A stretch of DNA of 64,000 nt, from positions 868,001 to 932,000 of the forward strand of contig NW_026250406.1 of NCBI RefSeq assembly GCF_024521635.1. The letters run 5' to 3'. Below the pieces are notes generated by a model. That model was not told where the DNA came from. It made no database searches and saw nothing but the letters and a program-made list of their open reading frames with translations. This stretch comes from Tricharina praecox (lineage: Eukaryota). Numbering within the stretch: the first letter of the stretch is position 1; each line of letters begins with the position of its first letter. A program made the translations under genes and the position numbers. Shown one piece after another: positions 52,901-64,000 of the stretch.

Positions 52901-53668
52901 GTATACAGTGTAGATACACAAGTCAGTAGGCAAGTATATATAGAGTACTCCGCCAGCGGCGTTCCTGGCGTTCTGTCACCTATGGCAGTACCGTATATAC
53001 TCGGACTGATCACGAGTTGCGACATCGCCGGCCAATCAAGCTGTCGGCACTTGAGCTTCTGCCTGGGATGCAGGATCCAAACGACTGCTCCCCGCACATC
53101 TTGCTCCACTCGAAGGTCCGATAGTTTGCAGCGTCCGGTACGTGTAGATAGATTGCGGCGGATGGTCCAACAATCCTTGCCGCGATGGGAACTTGACCGG
53201 CACTCGCTACCGAGCAGATCCGACGACTTCACGGCACCGTGCTCGATGCGAGTACCCTGGGTTAGTTAGTGGAGCAGGTACTACTACCTACTGCTAGGTG
53301 GTAGATCGGTACGCTGGACGTATGATGTTTGTACTCAGTACGTAAGCTGGGGTTCGCGTGGGCAAATGAAAGCTGCCGCGCCACGCACTCATGGTTACCA
53401 GCACGGGATCTTTCGTCTCGTCGTTGTGTTGGGTTGCAATTCGCCCGTGAATCTTGGTACATAAGGATCGCCGAGGCGGTGTTGTCTTGGCTCCAGAGCT
53501 AGCACTTAACCATCACCGTTCGCTTAGATGGCTGGATGGATTATTCGGGACTCGCTCGCTCTCACGCATCTCCTTGCTTGCGAGCTGCCACCTCCCCGAG
53601 CTGCGTTCCGCTCTTGATTTTCTAACTTTCTTAACAACTACACAGTTCGCTATCCACCATCAGCCATC

Positions 53669-55224
53669 ATGGGCGCGCATCGTCGAACTGCCAACGTCTG
53701 GGTTGCTCGATCCATGCCTGTTCTGATGGCCGGGACCGTGGGTTTTGCGACCTGGGTGTTCCTCTCGTTGGTCTGCGGTAAGTTCTCCCTCGCTCCTCGA
53801 TACAAACAAAAAAGAAAACTCTTAATCGCGCGGTCGCTGACGCGGATCTTCTCAGTAAATCACCTGCTCGTTCGACAAGAACGAACGGCCACAGCGGCAA
53901 TACTCATCACCATCTATGCCGTCTTGCTTCTCCTTCTCGCGACATCGTACCTTCGAACCGTCGTCACCCTGATCGTCAACCCTGGTTACGTACCAAAAGG
54001 CCCGCCAAGAGACGTTGAGCCGCCGAGTCGCCAGCTGCAACTCGACGGTGCGGAAGATGGATGTTCGGAGACGGGCTCAAGAGACACCGCTGCACCTGCG
54101 TCTGTCAATTCCACCGAAGGGCTCTCGTCGCCCCCTCTTCCACGCCCACTGGCTGTGGCTGCGGCGCCGGACAGGTTGTCGGCGGATCCGTCCGATCCAG
54201 TACCACAAACGCCGAACTCGACCACGCTTCTGAACCCACCATCGCCACATCTGTCGCCCTTACCCAACGCCAGTAACGGCGTGCAAGGCAGACCTTACAC
54301 GCACAATTCTCGACCGCATCCAGACGCCGCTCCTTCGAATCTGAGAGACTTCCTCGACAAGGAGATATTTGTGTGTGAGGGCGACGGCCTTCCTCGATAC
54401 TGTAGCAAGTGCAACTGTTGGAAACCGGACCGATCCCATCATTGCTCCGAGATCGAGCGCTGCGTCTGGCGGATGGATCACTTCTGCCCTTGGTATTTCG
54501 CGAAACACTTCCCGAGGAAGCATGAGTGCTGATGAAAATGAAGGGTTGGAGGATGCGTAGCAGAAACGAGCTTCCGGTACTTCTTTCAGGTTGTCGTGTA
54601 CGGCATGCTATACTGTCTCTGTCTGATCGTGTCCATGGGAGTCATCATGCGCGAAAGGAGTAACAATGGCGACAGCATGGATACCAAGTGGCTGGCAACT
54701 CTTGTTTTGTAGGCTCCATCCCTTTCTTTGTCCAGGACCGAAATCGATCTCTGTCAGTCGCTGACATAAGGTGCAGGGCGTGTATCTTTGGAGTATTCTC
54801 GGCTGGCATGGCACTCTCCACCGCGCAGTTGATCGTCCGCAACCTTGGTACTGTCGACTCCCTTTCGGCAGAAGCGAAAGTGTACCAGCTTGCGATCCAC
54901 GACCCGAATCCTCCAGTGAATAACCCAGATGCATACAGGCCTATTGGCCCCCGCGTGTGGCTGCCGGTGAATACAGCCCCCGGAGAGTCGCAAAGGTGCT
55001 TTGCAATCGTCCGGACGCAGCCCGGGGAAAATCCATGGATGTGCGACTCCACGTACGAGAACTTCTGCTCGGCCCTCGGCGGCGGGTTCTTGCAGTGGTT
55101 TGCGTTATCGGGCGTCCCGAAGCCCGGGAGTACTGGTGGGGAGCGTGGGTTTTACCAGTGGAATAACACCATCATTGCAAGGCTCAAGAAAGAGGTGGGA
55201 ATACGAAACAACGAAAAGGCGTGA
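53669..55224 (+). CDS. PFA5: DHHC-family palmitoyltransferase, PFA5-like (DHFC variant); exons 53669-53777, 53856-54492, 54544-54708, 54777-55224
   Basis: Cys-rich domain [36 protein letters not shown]; four hydrophobic segments; C-terminal PGENPW; three canonical introns. Confidence 0.88.
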
Positions 55225-55879
55225 AGGCAATTACGATTTATGATGGAAGATCTCCCCGCCGGATTCCTTGGGCCTCACCGTCCGTCTGGCTTATGGGGCA
55301 TCAACACGGGGCATTAATGGCGTGGTTTATGCTTTTTGCTTTCACTTTTGCTTCATTTTTTTGGCGCATAAACGGGGTTTTTTTTTGTTTCTGCTTCTGC
55401 GTTCTTGTAAACCGGGGTTTCGGTTGATTAATTCTCTTGGAGTTTTTTCATTGGATCGCAGATATTCTTTTGGATACCTACTTCAGTACCAAGATTCATC
55501 ATTCATCATTACTGTTTTCATCATAGCTGTTGGACCGACTCGTTATTGAGTGGTAACATAGGATTGTCTTGTTCATATGTATTGGGTATTTTATTTTGAG
55601 CATGGAATGGAAAAGACTTTGGGAATCTCTATCTCTCTCACACACACATCCTACCTACTCCTACACTTGAGTAAGACCTAGTTTCTCGCAGGGGTCGGCC
55701 ATTCCGATCTCCAGCATAAACCTTCATTCTGCGCCTAATCGGCTCCTCAAATCTATATAGATCTTCGGGCTGCTCATCGTCGGTTGTATACCCAAGCTTA
55801 AGGCGGGGTTTATTAAGGACATATGTAGATGCAGTTCGTCGCCGGTCGATACCCATAGCAGTGAATGCTCCTCTTCTGG

Positions 55880-56293
55880 CTAATGAACGGAACGAGTGAT
55901 CCACTGCGATATCCTCAAACAATCCACATCGATCGGCAAGGCGTTGTTTTGTCTACTTTGTTCGTGAAGCATGGTACCTATGGCTATGTCTTCAAGTGCT
56001 TACGGTCAGCATCACCACGTTGTGCACGTTGTGGGCCCGGGGCGGGCTTCGGCTCAGAATTTTTGGAGCAGCAAATCGACTGCTAGCCGTCTGGGCTTTT
56101 CAGGTGAAACATCTAGTATGTACTGTACACACTCACACATCTTTCGAGGGGCTGACTTGGCCGAAAAGGCCACGAATTCTCTGTATTCCTGTGCCTGCTC
56201 TTTCCCGTCGAATAAATCCCACAGCTCACTCCTTACTTCACCGCGTATTTGCTCAAATCGGATGATGAGGGTAGTTAGAAGAGGAAAGTGCAT
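55880..56293 (-). CDS. Possible small spliced orphan ORF (about 88 aa); exons 56293-56137, 55989-55880
   Basis: Strong GTGAGT donor, GCTGAC branch and AAG acceptor keep the frame; no recognisable homology. Confidence 0.2.
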
Positions 56294-57252
56294 ACAATGA
56301 GTTACCAATGTGTCCCCAACGAGCTGGGTCGGGAGAGTGGTGGCCGAAATATCAATCGGACGTGGGCCGAATTGCGATCGAATAGTGTCTCCACTCGACT
56401 CGGCACGGGAGCGAGTAAGAACAGAAAGTTTCGCAAAGGGTTGCTCGCCTCGCCACGCCTGACGAGTCCTGCTGCCAAAAAGACGAAGAGCAAACGACAC
56501 CTGCCGTCGCGCTTCGGCATCTCGAGATCTCTTTCCCCACCTGAAGTAGGATATGCTCCACGAGGATGTATTGCATCTCACCAATTCTCGCCCGCCATAT
56601 ATCCCTCAACCCTCGCACACACACACACCCGCCGTAACCGCCAACACCGCCACCCGCCATGCGAATGTAACTCGACACAGCTCTGCCTGCGCCACACGAT
56701 CGCACAAGCATCAGCCAGCTCCTCTCACAACACCCACGAATCCCGCCCTCGCTCACCCCCAACCCAACCCCCCATTCTAACCAACCCACCACTCACTCCA
56801 CACCCACGCACGACACACTCAACTTTCGATGCGTGGAGTTTTCCTCGTCGAGTCTCGAACACGACAAGACACGATAACCGCAAACCTCCCCAGCCTCCCG
56901 ACCCCGACCGTGTTCCCCTCCTCGACCTTCTCCTCGTCGTCGCGCGGGTAGACACACACACGCCCCCCCTCCCCCTCCCCCATAGATACCGGATCGGTCG
57001 TATCGCCCGCCCGCCAGCCGCCCACCCGCCCGTCCTGTCCCTCCCTCCAGGACACGGAGGTTTCTAGTCTAGCCGTTTTTTAGTGCGTAGCCTGTTCAAA
57101 GGGTAACAACACGGCATCCACCACATACATACCATACCATACCATACACACACACACACATCGCCCCCTCCCCCTTCCCAACACGAACCCCAACACCCGT
57201 CCCCCCCTTCCCCCTCCCGGCGAACGAACCCGACCGTTACGACGATCAAGAT

Positions 57253-58992
57253 ATGCCTGCGTACATCCCACAAGCCGGCCAATCCAACTCGCTCATCCTC
57301 CCCATCTCGTCCAGCGAAAGTGTCAGCGCCCGCCCGCAGAAGCGACAACGCACTCAGAGCTCCAACTCGTCGGTCGCGGGTGCCGTCGGAAATGCTCAAC
57401 ACCACCAGCAGGAGTTCCAGAGGGCTGCTTATATTCAGCAGCAGCACCAGCAACAGGCAGCACAACAACAGCAGCAGGCAGCACAGCAGCAACAGCAACA
57501 GCAGCAGCAGAGTTCTGCCGCGCTGAAAAATGGCATCGGCTCTGGAGGTGGAGGCGGGGGTGTTGGTGCACAGAAGTACAGTGCGAATGGATACATGGCT
57601 GGAGGGGGACAGAAGGCTGCAGTTTCTACGGGCGGCAATACGAGTGGGATGATAGGGACGCCGGCGAAGCAGCAGCAGCAGCAGCAACCACCTCAAGCTT
57701 ACATGCGAAGTCCCTCGACTACGAACGCGCATATTCACAATACTGCTGGTAGCATGGGTAGTAGAGGTGGAGGCGTTGCCGCTGCGATCGTACCTGCTGC
57801 GCCCTCCAACACGGGTGACGTTCCGAACTTTAGCATGGGAGGTGGTGGTGGTGGTGCGGCAGTCGCTGAGGAGCCTGGGCTTTCATCCCTTAGGGTTCGA
57901 GAAGAAAACGGCACTGAGACATTCGCGGTGCCTCTCGGTATCGCTAACACTTGGGAGGTGGGTTTGGCGTCTCGCGCGATGTGTGCCTCTATCCCTACGG
58001 CATCGCTGACATGATCGCTATTGTTTCACGTACAGAGCTTAGTTCCCGTGCTGCAAACCACGTTCCAAAAACTCGGCGATCCAAAGTTGATGAATTCTAG
58101 AGGAGATACGATCGCGCGTGCGATGCTACCGCATTTCCTCAAGGACGGCATGCTATTTGTCGTCTCGTTTCCGAATCACCACAGCCATACGGCGGCCCCC
58201 CACGTTCCCGCTCGCGCGATACAGCAGCCTCCGCCTCCGCCCCCACCACCACCTCCACCGCCGCCACTGCCTATGACGCCTGTTTCGAACACCATCGTGT
58301 CTCCGGAACCGATACCAAGCAGTAGTGGAATGCCTTCTGGCAACTACAACGCGCTTCCCAACGGCAGCGTCAACAATCCTCCGACACCCTATTCGCCTCC
58401 CCCTCTCCATCCAACACCACCACCAATCCACTATTCCAACACGAACGGTGCTCCGGCGGCTGTTGCTGCCCCGGTTGCCAGCAACGGTGGAGGTGAAGGC
58501 GGAGGCGGTGGTACACCCAGCACATCGAGTTCCTCGTCCCCGCGAGGCGAACCAATACAGTACAAGCTGTCGCGCTCCATCAAAACCGTGATGGACCTCT
58601 GGACAGAATGGCAGAAAGGGTTGTCGCCCAACGAGCCATCGGTGCTATCCCTCGAGTCTACGTACGGGCCTAAGTGGCGCGCCAGCCAGGCGGAGCGCAA
58701 ATTTTATTCGCGCAGGAAGGTGATCATCGAGGAGGTCAAGAAGCTGATGGAACGGGGACATGCCGAGTGGGAAGCACTGCGTGTGGTCGACTCGTGGAGG
58801 GAGAATAAGAGCTTGGATGCGTTATCCAAGAAGATCGTCAAGAAGAGGAAAAATGTAACTGCCGAGGAAAGGGACGAGTTCGAGGAGCAGCACGGGCCGG
58901 GAAGGGAAGCTAGAGGCGGTGGTGGGATTGGTGGTGGTGTTGGCGGTGGCGGCGGTAGTGGCGGTGGTGGCGCGATTAGGCAGCAGCGGCAA

Positions 58993-59036
<44 letters not shown>

Positions 59037-59073
59037 GCAGCAGCAGCCGTCAGGTCTAGGGAACGGGTGGTGA
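57253..59073 (+). CDS. GCR1_C-domain transcription activator (Gcr1/Hot1/Msn1-type DNA-binding domain) with polyQ/G/P tracts; exons 57253-57957, 58036-59073
   Basis: YKLSRSIKTVMDLWTEWQKGL...PSVLSLESTYGPKWR...ERKFYSRRKVII matches the GCR1_C pattern; phase-0 GT-AG intron. Confidence 0.88.
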
Positions 59074-60820
59074 GGGTTAATGCCGCCGGGTGACGGACAT
59101 GTGGCCTTGGCGTACTAGGAATTTCCTTGGTGTTATTACCGGATTGGATTGGATTGGTTGGTTGGTGCTTGCTTTGGGATACCTTCTTGGGCAACAAACG
59201 ATACCCTCTCTTTCTCGACACGATACCCACCCCGCTTTTTCTGGGGAATCTGTTACGTCAGTCTGTTGAGCCGTTTCGTTGGGGTAGGTTGGTTGGGTCT
59301 GTTATGTATTTGGGAGCCATCTTTGTTTGGTCTTTGGCTTTGGCTTTGGTACGGAGTTCCGTCGTGTTTTTTTTTGCTCGGGGTCTATCTAGTCATTTCT
59401 TTGGTCGTCAGTCCGTCGTTTTTTCTGTTTCGTTTCGTTTCGTTTTCGGGGCGAACGTGTCGTGTCTTGCCTTGCCTGGCCTTGCCATATCTTGTCTTGT
59501 CTGGTCTTGTCATGTCTTGTCGCATCTGGTCTGGTTTTGTCTTGTGATATCTTTTTCTTTTTTTTCTTCTTTCCTTCTGATCTGGAGTTCCTTTTCTTTA
59601 CTTACTTAAAGCCTGTTTTGTCCTTTTTTTTTCTCTTCTTCTTCTTGCAGGATGTTCGCGTAGTTGTCACCCCAGACATAGTGATAGGGTATCTACATAT
59701 AGGAATGTGTGAATGTGCAGATGTGCGAATTGGCGAATTGAAAAAGGATACCTACCGTACTGCTGCTGGGGTTTTGCTGTAGTGTTGCTGGGCTACTAGT
59801 AGGCTACACGCCCGTGGGGACGTGGGGCTTGTCGTGTTTGCGTGCGCAATGTGTGGCTCTGCATGATCAAGTCGAGCTCGGGATGGTATCAGTACTGTAC
59901 CAAGAAGGGAGGTGGATATTGCCCCGGCAACTACCTCATCAAGTATAATACCGGCTTCTCTTACAATACCACACGCGGCCTCGTCTTCAAAGCCGTCTCC
60001 GAAACCGTCTCCGAAACCGTCTCCGAAATCATCGTTCTCTGGTTATTCCCACCAACGTTGAGAAGCAATATCGCTGGCAGATGTGTCTAAATCGGGTTTC
60101 ACCCACTTCTTGGAACAAGACCACACAAGCAGGACGAACCTCTATCCGAACACCCTCTCTTCTGCGATCTCGGTGCCGTTATTGCGATGCTCACTGCTTA
60201 GCAGGGCTCCAAATCTCTGTGGTAAGCAGTACCAGTAGATACTTCGGCATGGTGTATCACTCGCTCTATTGCCAAAAATCTTCAATCAACTAAAACCCGA
60301 CTCAGCTGGCCGCTGGTCTCGTCTGGCTACCTACTACGGGCTTTATAGCAATAAATTGATGTTCCTTCTCTCTCTAACCTCATATGGCAGCACTTAAGGT
60401 CATATCCCTCTCTGGAACGGGAACGAAAGTTTTTGCAGACGATCTCTCGCAATTCATCAGTTCCACATCAGTTCCACATGCTTAAGGGACACAGAGTCAA
60501 AGACTGAAATGTTGCCTTGATCTAATAGGTACCCAGCCAACAAACCCACTCTCATCAGAACAAATCCACCATCAACCAGTAGAGCAAACTACGGGGTACT
60601 ACGGGTACAGGTACAGAACAACACGGCCCCCTTCCCTTCCCGCCCTCCAATTTTCCGGCTCGGAAAAAACACGTACACAGTACACAGTACACAAACAAGC
60701 GCAGCAGCACCATAGTTAAGTAGTTATCGTACATCAACAAAAGAGCCAACTCCCATGGAACCACTCCCATGGAACCATGGAATCAATCATACACCTGACC
60801 AGACTCGGTGGTATCATCGC

Positions 60821-63176
60821 TCAACCATCGCGCTCCTTGATGGTGACCGCATACTTTTCGACAGGATTAACCGTATGGGCCGCCAGCCCACCGAAGCTTC
60901 CCCTCTTCAACCCTCCGGAGACAACACACTGTGAGCACCTGCCGTGCGGACATTCCCCACAGATGCCGAATGTCATTGGTACGCCAACCTTTCCGTGCGA
61001 CTCGTAGTTCCGCGGATTGCAGCAGATCCAGTATCGATCCTCAAAGACCGAGCCGATAGACGTGGTTTCATCGTTTTCGGAGCAGCGACGGTCGTTAGAG
61101 GCAGATTGCTTCATCCGATGCCGTTCCGGTTTTGTGTCGCTGACTATCATCCCCCCGGCTTCGAAAATCTTGACGGCCTCCACCGTTCCAGTAGTGCTAT
61201 GAGGAGACGACAGATGGAATTTGTGAGTAGCATTCCTCCGGATCTGGACCATCGCCGCGGGGGATATGCTTGAGACTTCCTCCAGGTCAGGGTCTCCTTG
61301 AAGCGCACGGAAGCCGAGAAGCAGTCGAGTGATCTCGACTTCGTAATCCACATCATTACCTTCGACTTTTTCAACAGTTATCGAAGAGCCGTGGATGATG
61401 CTAGGATGGTAGAGGACTATGATTTCGACATACTCGACATTCGGGTCGTCTAATCTGGACGACCAGTAATTAATGTATTCCTACGGATTATTGTCAGATA
61501 TAGCAGGCAGAATGAACGCTTCCGAGACTCACATTGATCTTGGGTTCCAGAAATCCAAGGCCCATCATAATCTCTCGTACCGCATCACGGAACTTTGCCA
61601 GCGTAACAAACATATATCCCACAGACTCCCAGACAAACTGCCTCAGCCCGTACCGAGCCTCGTGTCTAGAACTCAGAAGCGGAGCCGATGTCTCTGTGCC
61701 CCGCGCAAGTACCTTGTACGGCTCGGGATTAACAAACTCCCAGGAGTCTCCAGTCTCCATATTCCAGGACACATTTTGCACAATATCATCCGATACGGGG
61801 CCATCGTGTACGGCCAAACACTCGGCGTAAGAGAATACAAGAGCATCGTCCAGCAACTTGATATTGATCCTTAGATGTAGTCTATGCGGAATGGAGGCAG
61901 CAATATTGAAAACAGCATTTCCACTGAGTGTTTCCTGCGTTAGAGCTGCCGATGAGTCCCTGACCCAATTCCCGATCCTTTTATCCGTCGAAACCCCGGA
62001 AACAAATGCTGAGAGTTTCTGCTTTCTACTTGTGAATGCCGAGAAGAGCCTGCCAGGTCTCGATGGTAGCTGGTTAGAGGACACTTGAAGGTGAATGCCC
62101 TGAGTGAAGCTCATTTCAGAGGTTGGCGGCCATTTATCTTCCGTGACTGGTGAGTGTGACCAATCTTCAATGGCCAGATTCCTGATGTAGGTTTCTGCAT
62201 GTGACATCTCCGGCATACCAGCGTATTTGATAAACCCGAGTAATTTCTGCGGGATGTCCACAATCAGCAGGGATCCCTCAAAGCCGACAGAGTGACAGTA
62301 ACTTACCATCCAAGAATCAACCGCATTCAAGGAAGTCCAACAGGTTTTCTTAGCACCTGAGCTACTCCTGAAGGTCACCCTCACCATATCCGACGGGCTG
62401 ATCGTACGGAGCGGCTCTGGGTTTTCTGGCACTGTCTCCTCACTGATGCCTTTCGAAGTCGACGTTGTCAGGAGGTCCTCGCTCTGGGTGCTACCAGATA
62501 AGTTCGTTGTACGGATCGAGCCTCTCCTCGCCCAGGACATGACGAATCCTCCGGCGCGTCTATAGCCTCTCGAGCGCAGCCTACTGGAGCTGCCGCGGGC
62601 GGGGGAATCATCGATTTCAATCCGCTCCTTCTCTTTGCCTTTCGTTTTCGCCCGTTTGTCGTCCCTGAGCGCGCATGCCGCGATTATTGTGGAGAGCAAG
62701 CCATGGGGGTTGTGTTTTTCGGCAGCAGCAGCGGCTGACGATTGCGGTGGTGACAATCCGATCAGGCTTGGTGGGCCGCCGGTTACCATTTTGCCAGCAT
62801 CTTCTGTGAGTTCGCGGACGCAAAGGTGGAACTCTGAGGCCGTGTGTCGAGGTTTCGGACTGGGAGGAGGAGGAGTAGTAGCCGCGGACGAAGGAGGCGG
62901 CTCTTCGATGGTTGGGATCTCAGTGGCTGTGGTAGACGGGTCTGATCTCTGCTGCTCAACAATTTGGATCGAACTCATTTGAGTCGAACTCCTGCGGGTT
63001 TGGGGATCGGTTTGCTCCCGGTTGTAAATGGTGACTGTTCCGACGATGTCTCTCAGCGAGTCTTCAATGCTGTATGAAGAGGAAGAACCGATCGACCTGA
63101 TGGATGTTGCAGCATGAACGCTCGCTGAGAATAGACACTCCGAAGAGGCAGACGGTGGGATAAGGCATGTCGACAT
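60821..63176 (-). CDS. Large hypothetical protein (about 767 aa) ending in a fifth copy of the double-zinc-finger motif; exons 63176-61533, 61480-60821 (true start uncertain)
   Basis: 52-nt phase-0 intron GTGAGT..CTGAC..TAG joins the 563-aa and 176-aa ORFs; C-terminal YWICCNPRNYESHGKVGVPMTFGICGECPHGRCSQC. Confidence 0.75.
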
Positions 63177-64000
63177 TCTCGACACGGGACAGTAAACGCC
63201 AAAAAGAACACCGGTTGTGAGGATGTGGGTGAGTGGTGAGGAGGAGCTGCGAAGAGTTAGAGGGGCAATGGATGATCACTCGGTAACAGTGGGTCTACTG
63301 ACTAGTGCCTTCTCAACTTGGCCATTTGCAGGAACCTCACTATTCCAGCCATGATCTACCTGTTGTAATATCTCACTCGTTGCTTGGTCGCTTACGCGGT
63401 GATGACGGCACGAAGCACTGGCCGCCTACCACCCCTTTTTTCTGTCTTCTCTCGAGGCTTTCAGACTCTCTCAACACAATACTGTAAACAAGAAACAAAA
63501 CGAACCTCACTACCACCTATCGATATTTTCTTCCATCTTCGCCTCACTCCGCAAACATACGGGAGCTCTCGGGCAACCGTCCTACTGTCTACACACTCCA
63601 CAATTTCATATCCCGTTTGTTTAGCACGAAGAAGCAACATCTCAAGTGCAGAAGACTTTGCCGTTGACGGTTGAACATGACCCAGAACATTCGACCAAGT
63701 TCCAAGTTCCAACAATGTCAAGCGCCCACTTTGAACTCTTTGCACTCTTTTCCGCTCCGGTACCTAATAACTATGGCCATTGGCCAATCGTATATGTACT
63801 AAGATGGTATGTATGTACACCATCCGAAGCAAGCAAAGAAGAGCTCCCCCCAACGATTCAAGTCCCCGGTCCCAGTCTCAGTCTCAGTCTCAGTCCCAGT
63901 CCCCAGTCTCAGGCAGCAGCAAGTTGCAACAGTCATGCGGGTCCTCTCAGTCTGGAACTCTGGAGGGAAGTGTTTCGTCACGTCTGCTGTCTGCAGCCAG

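Overview
Eukaryotic, intron-containing DNA from a filamentous ascomycete (Pezizomycotina; short GT-AG introns with CTRAC/CTAAT branch sites). The left 29 kb holds conserved genes: type II myosin heavy chain (runs off the left edge), squalene epoxidase ERG1, homoserine O-acetyltransferase MET2 (first intron needs a GC donor), a DUF2439/ZGRF1-N-like protein, a Ser/Thr-rich single-pass membrane protein, an RfeG-like regulator, an inositol polyphosphate 5-phosphatase and a conserved hypothetical protein. The right end holds a DHHC palmitoyltransferase (PFA5-like), a GCR1_C-domain transcription factor and a large hypothetical protein. Between them, about 25 kb (28.7-53.6 kb) looks gene-empty in the ORF track but hides a co-oriented (all minus-strand) array of four small genes (85-146 aa). 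They have unrelated N-termini and a shared C-terminal eight-ligand Cys/His motif, W-x-C-[CH]-x7-H-x2-GPW-x7-C-x2(4)-C-x-H-x2-C-x2-C (copy 1 is a variant), and each has a TATAAG box about 190-220 bp upstream. A fifth copy is fused to the C-terminus of the large protein at 60.8-63.2 kb. The array also contains a 536-bp non-autonomous hAT-type element with 22-bp TIRs and an 8-bp target-site duplication. All gene models were spliced by eye and family assignments are from remembered motifs, not database searches.
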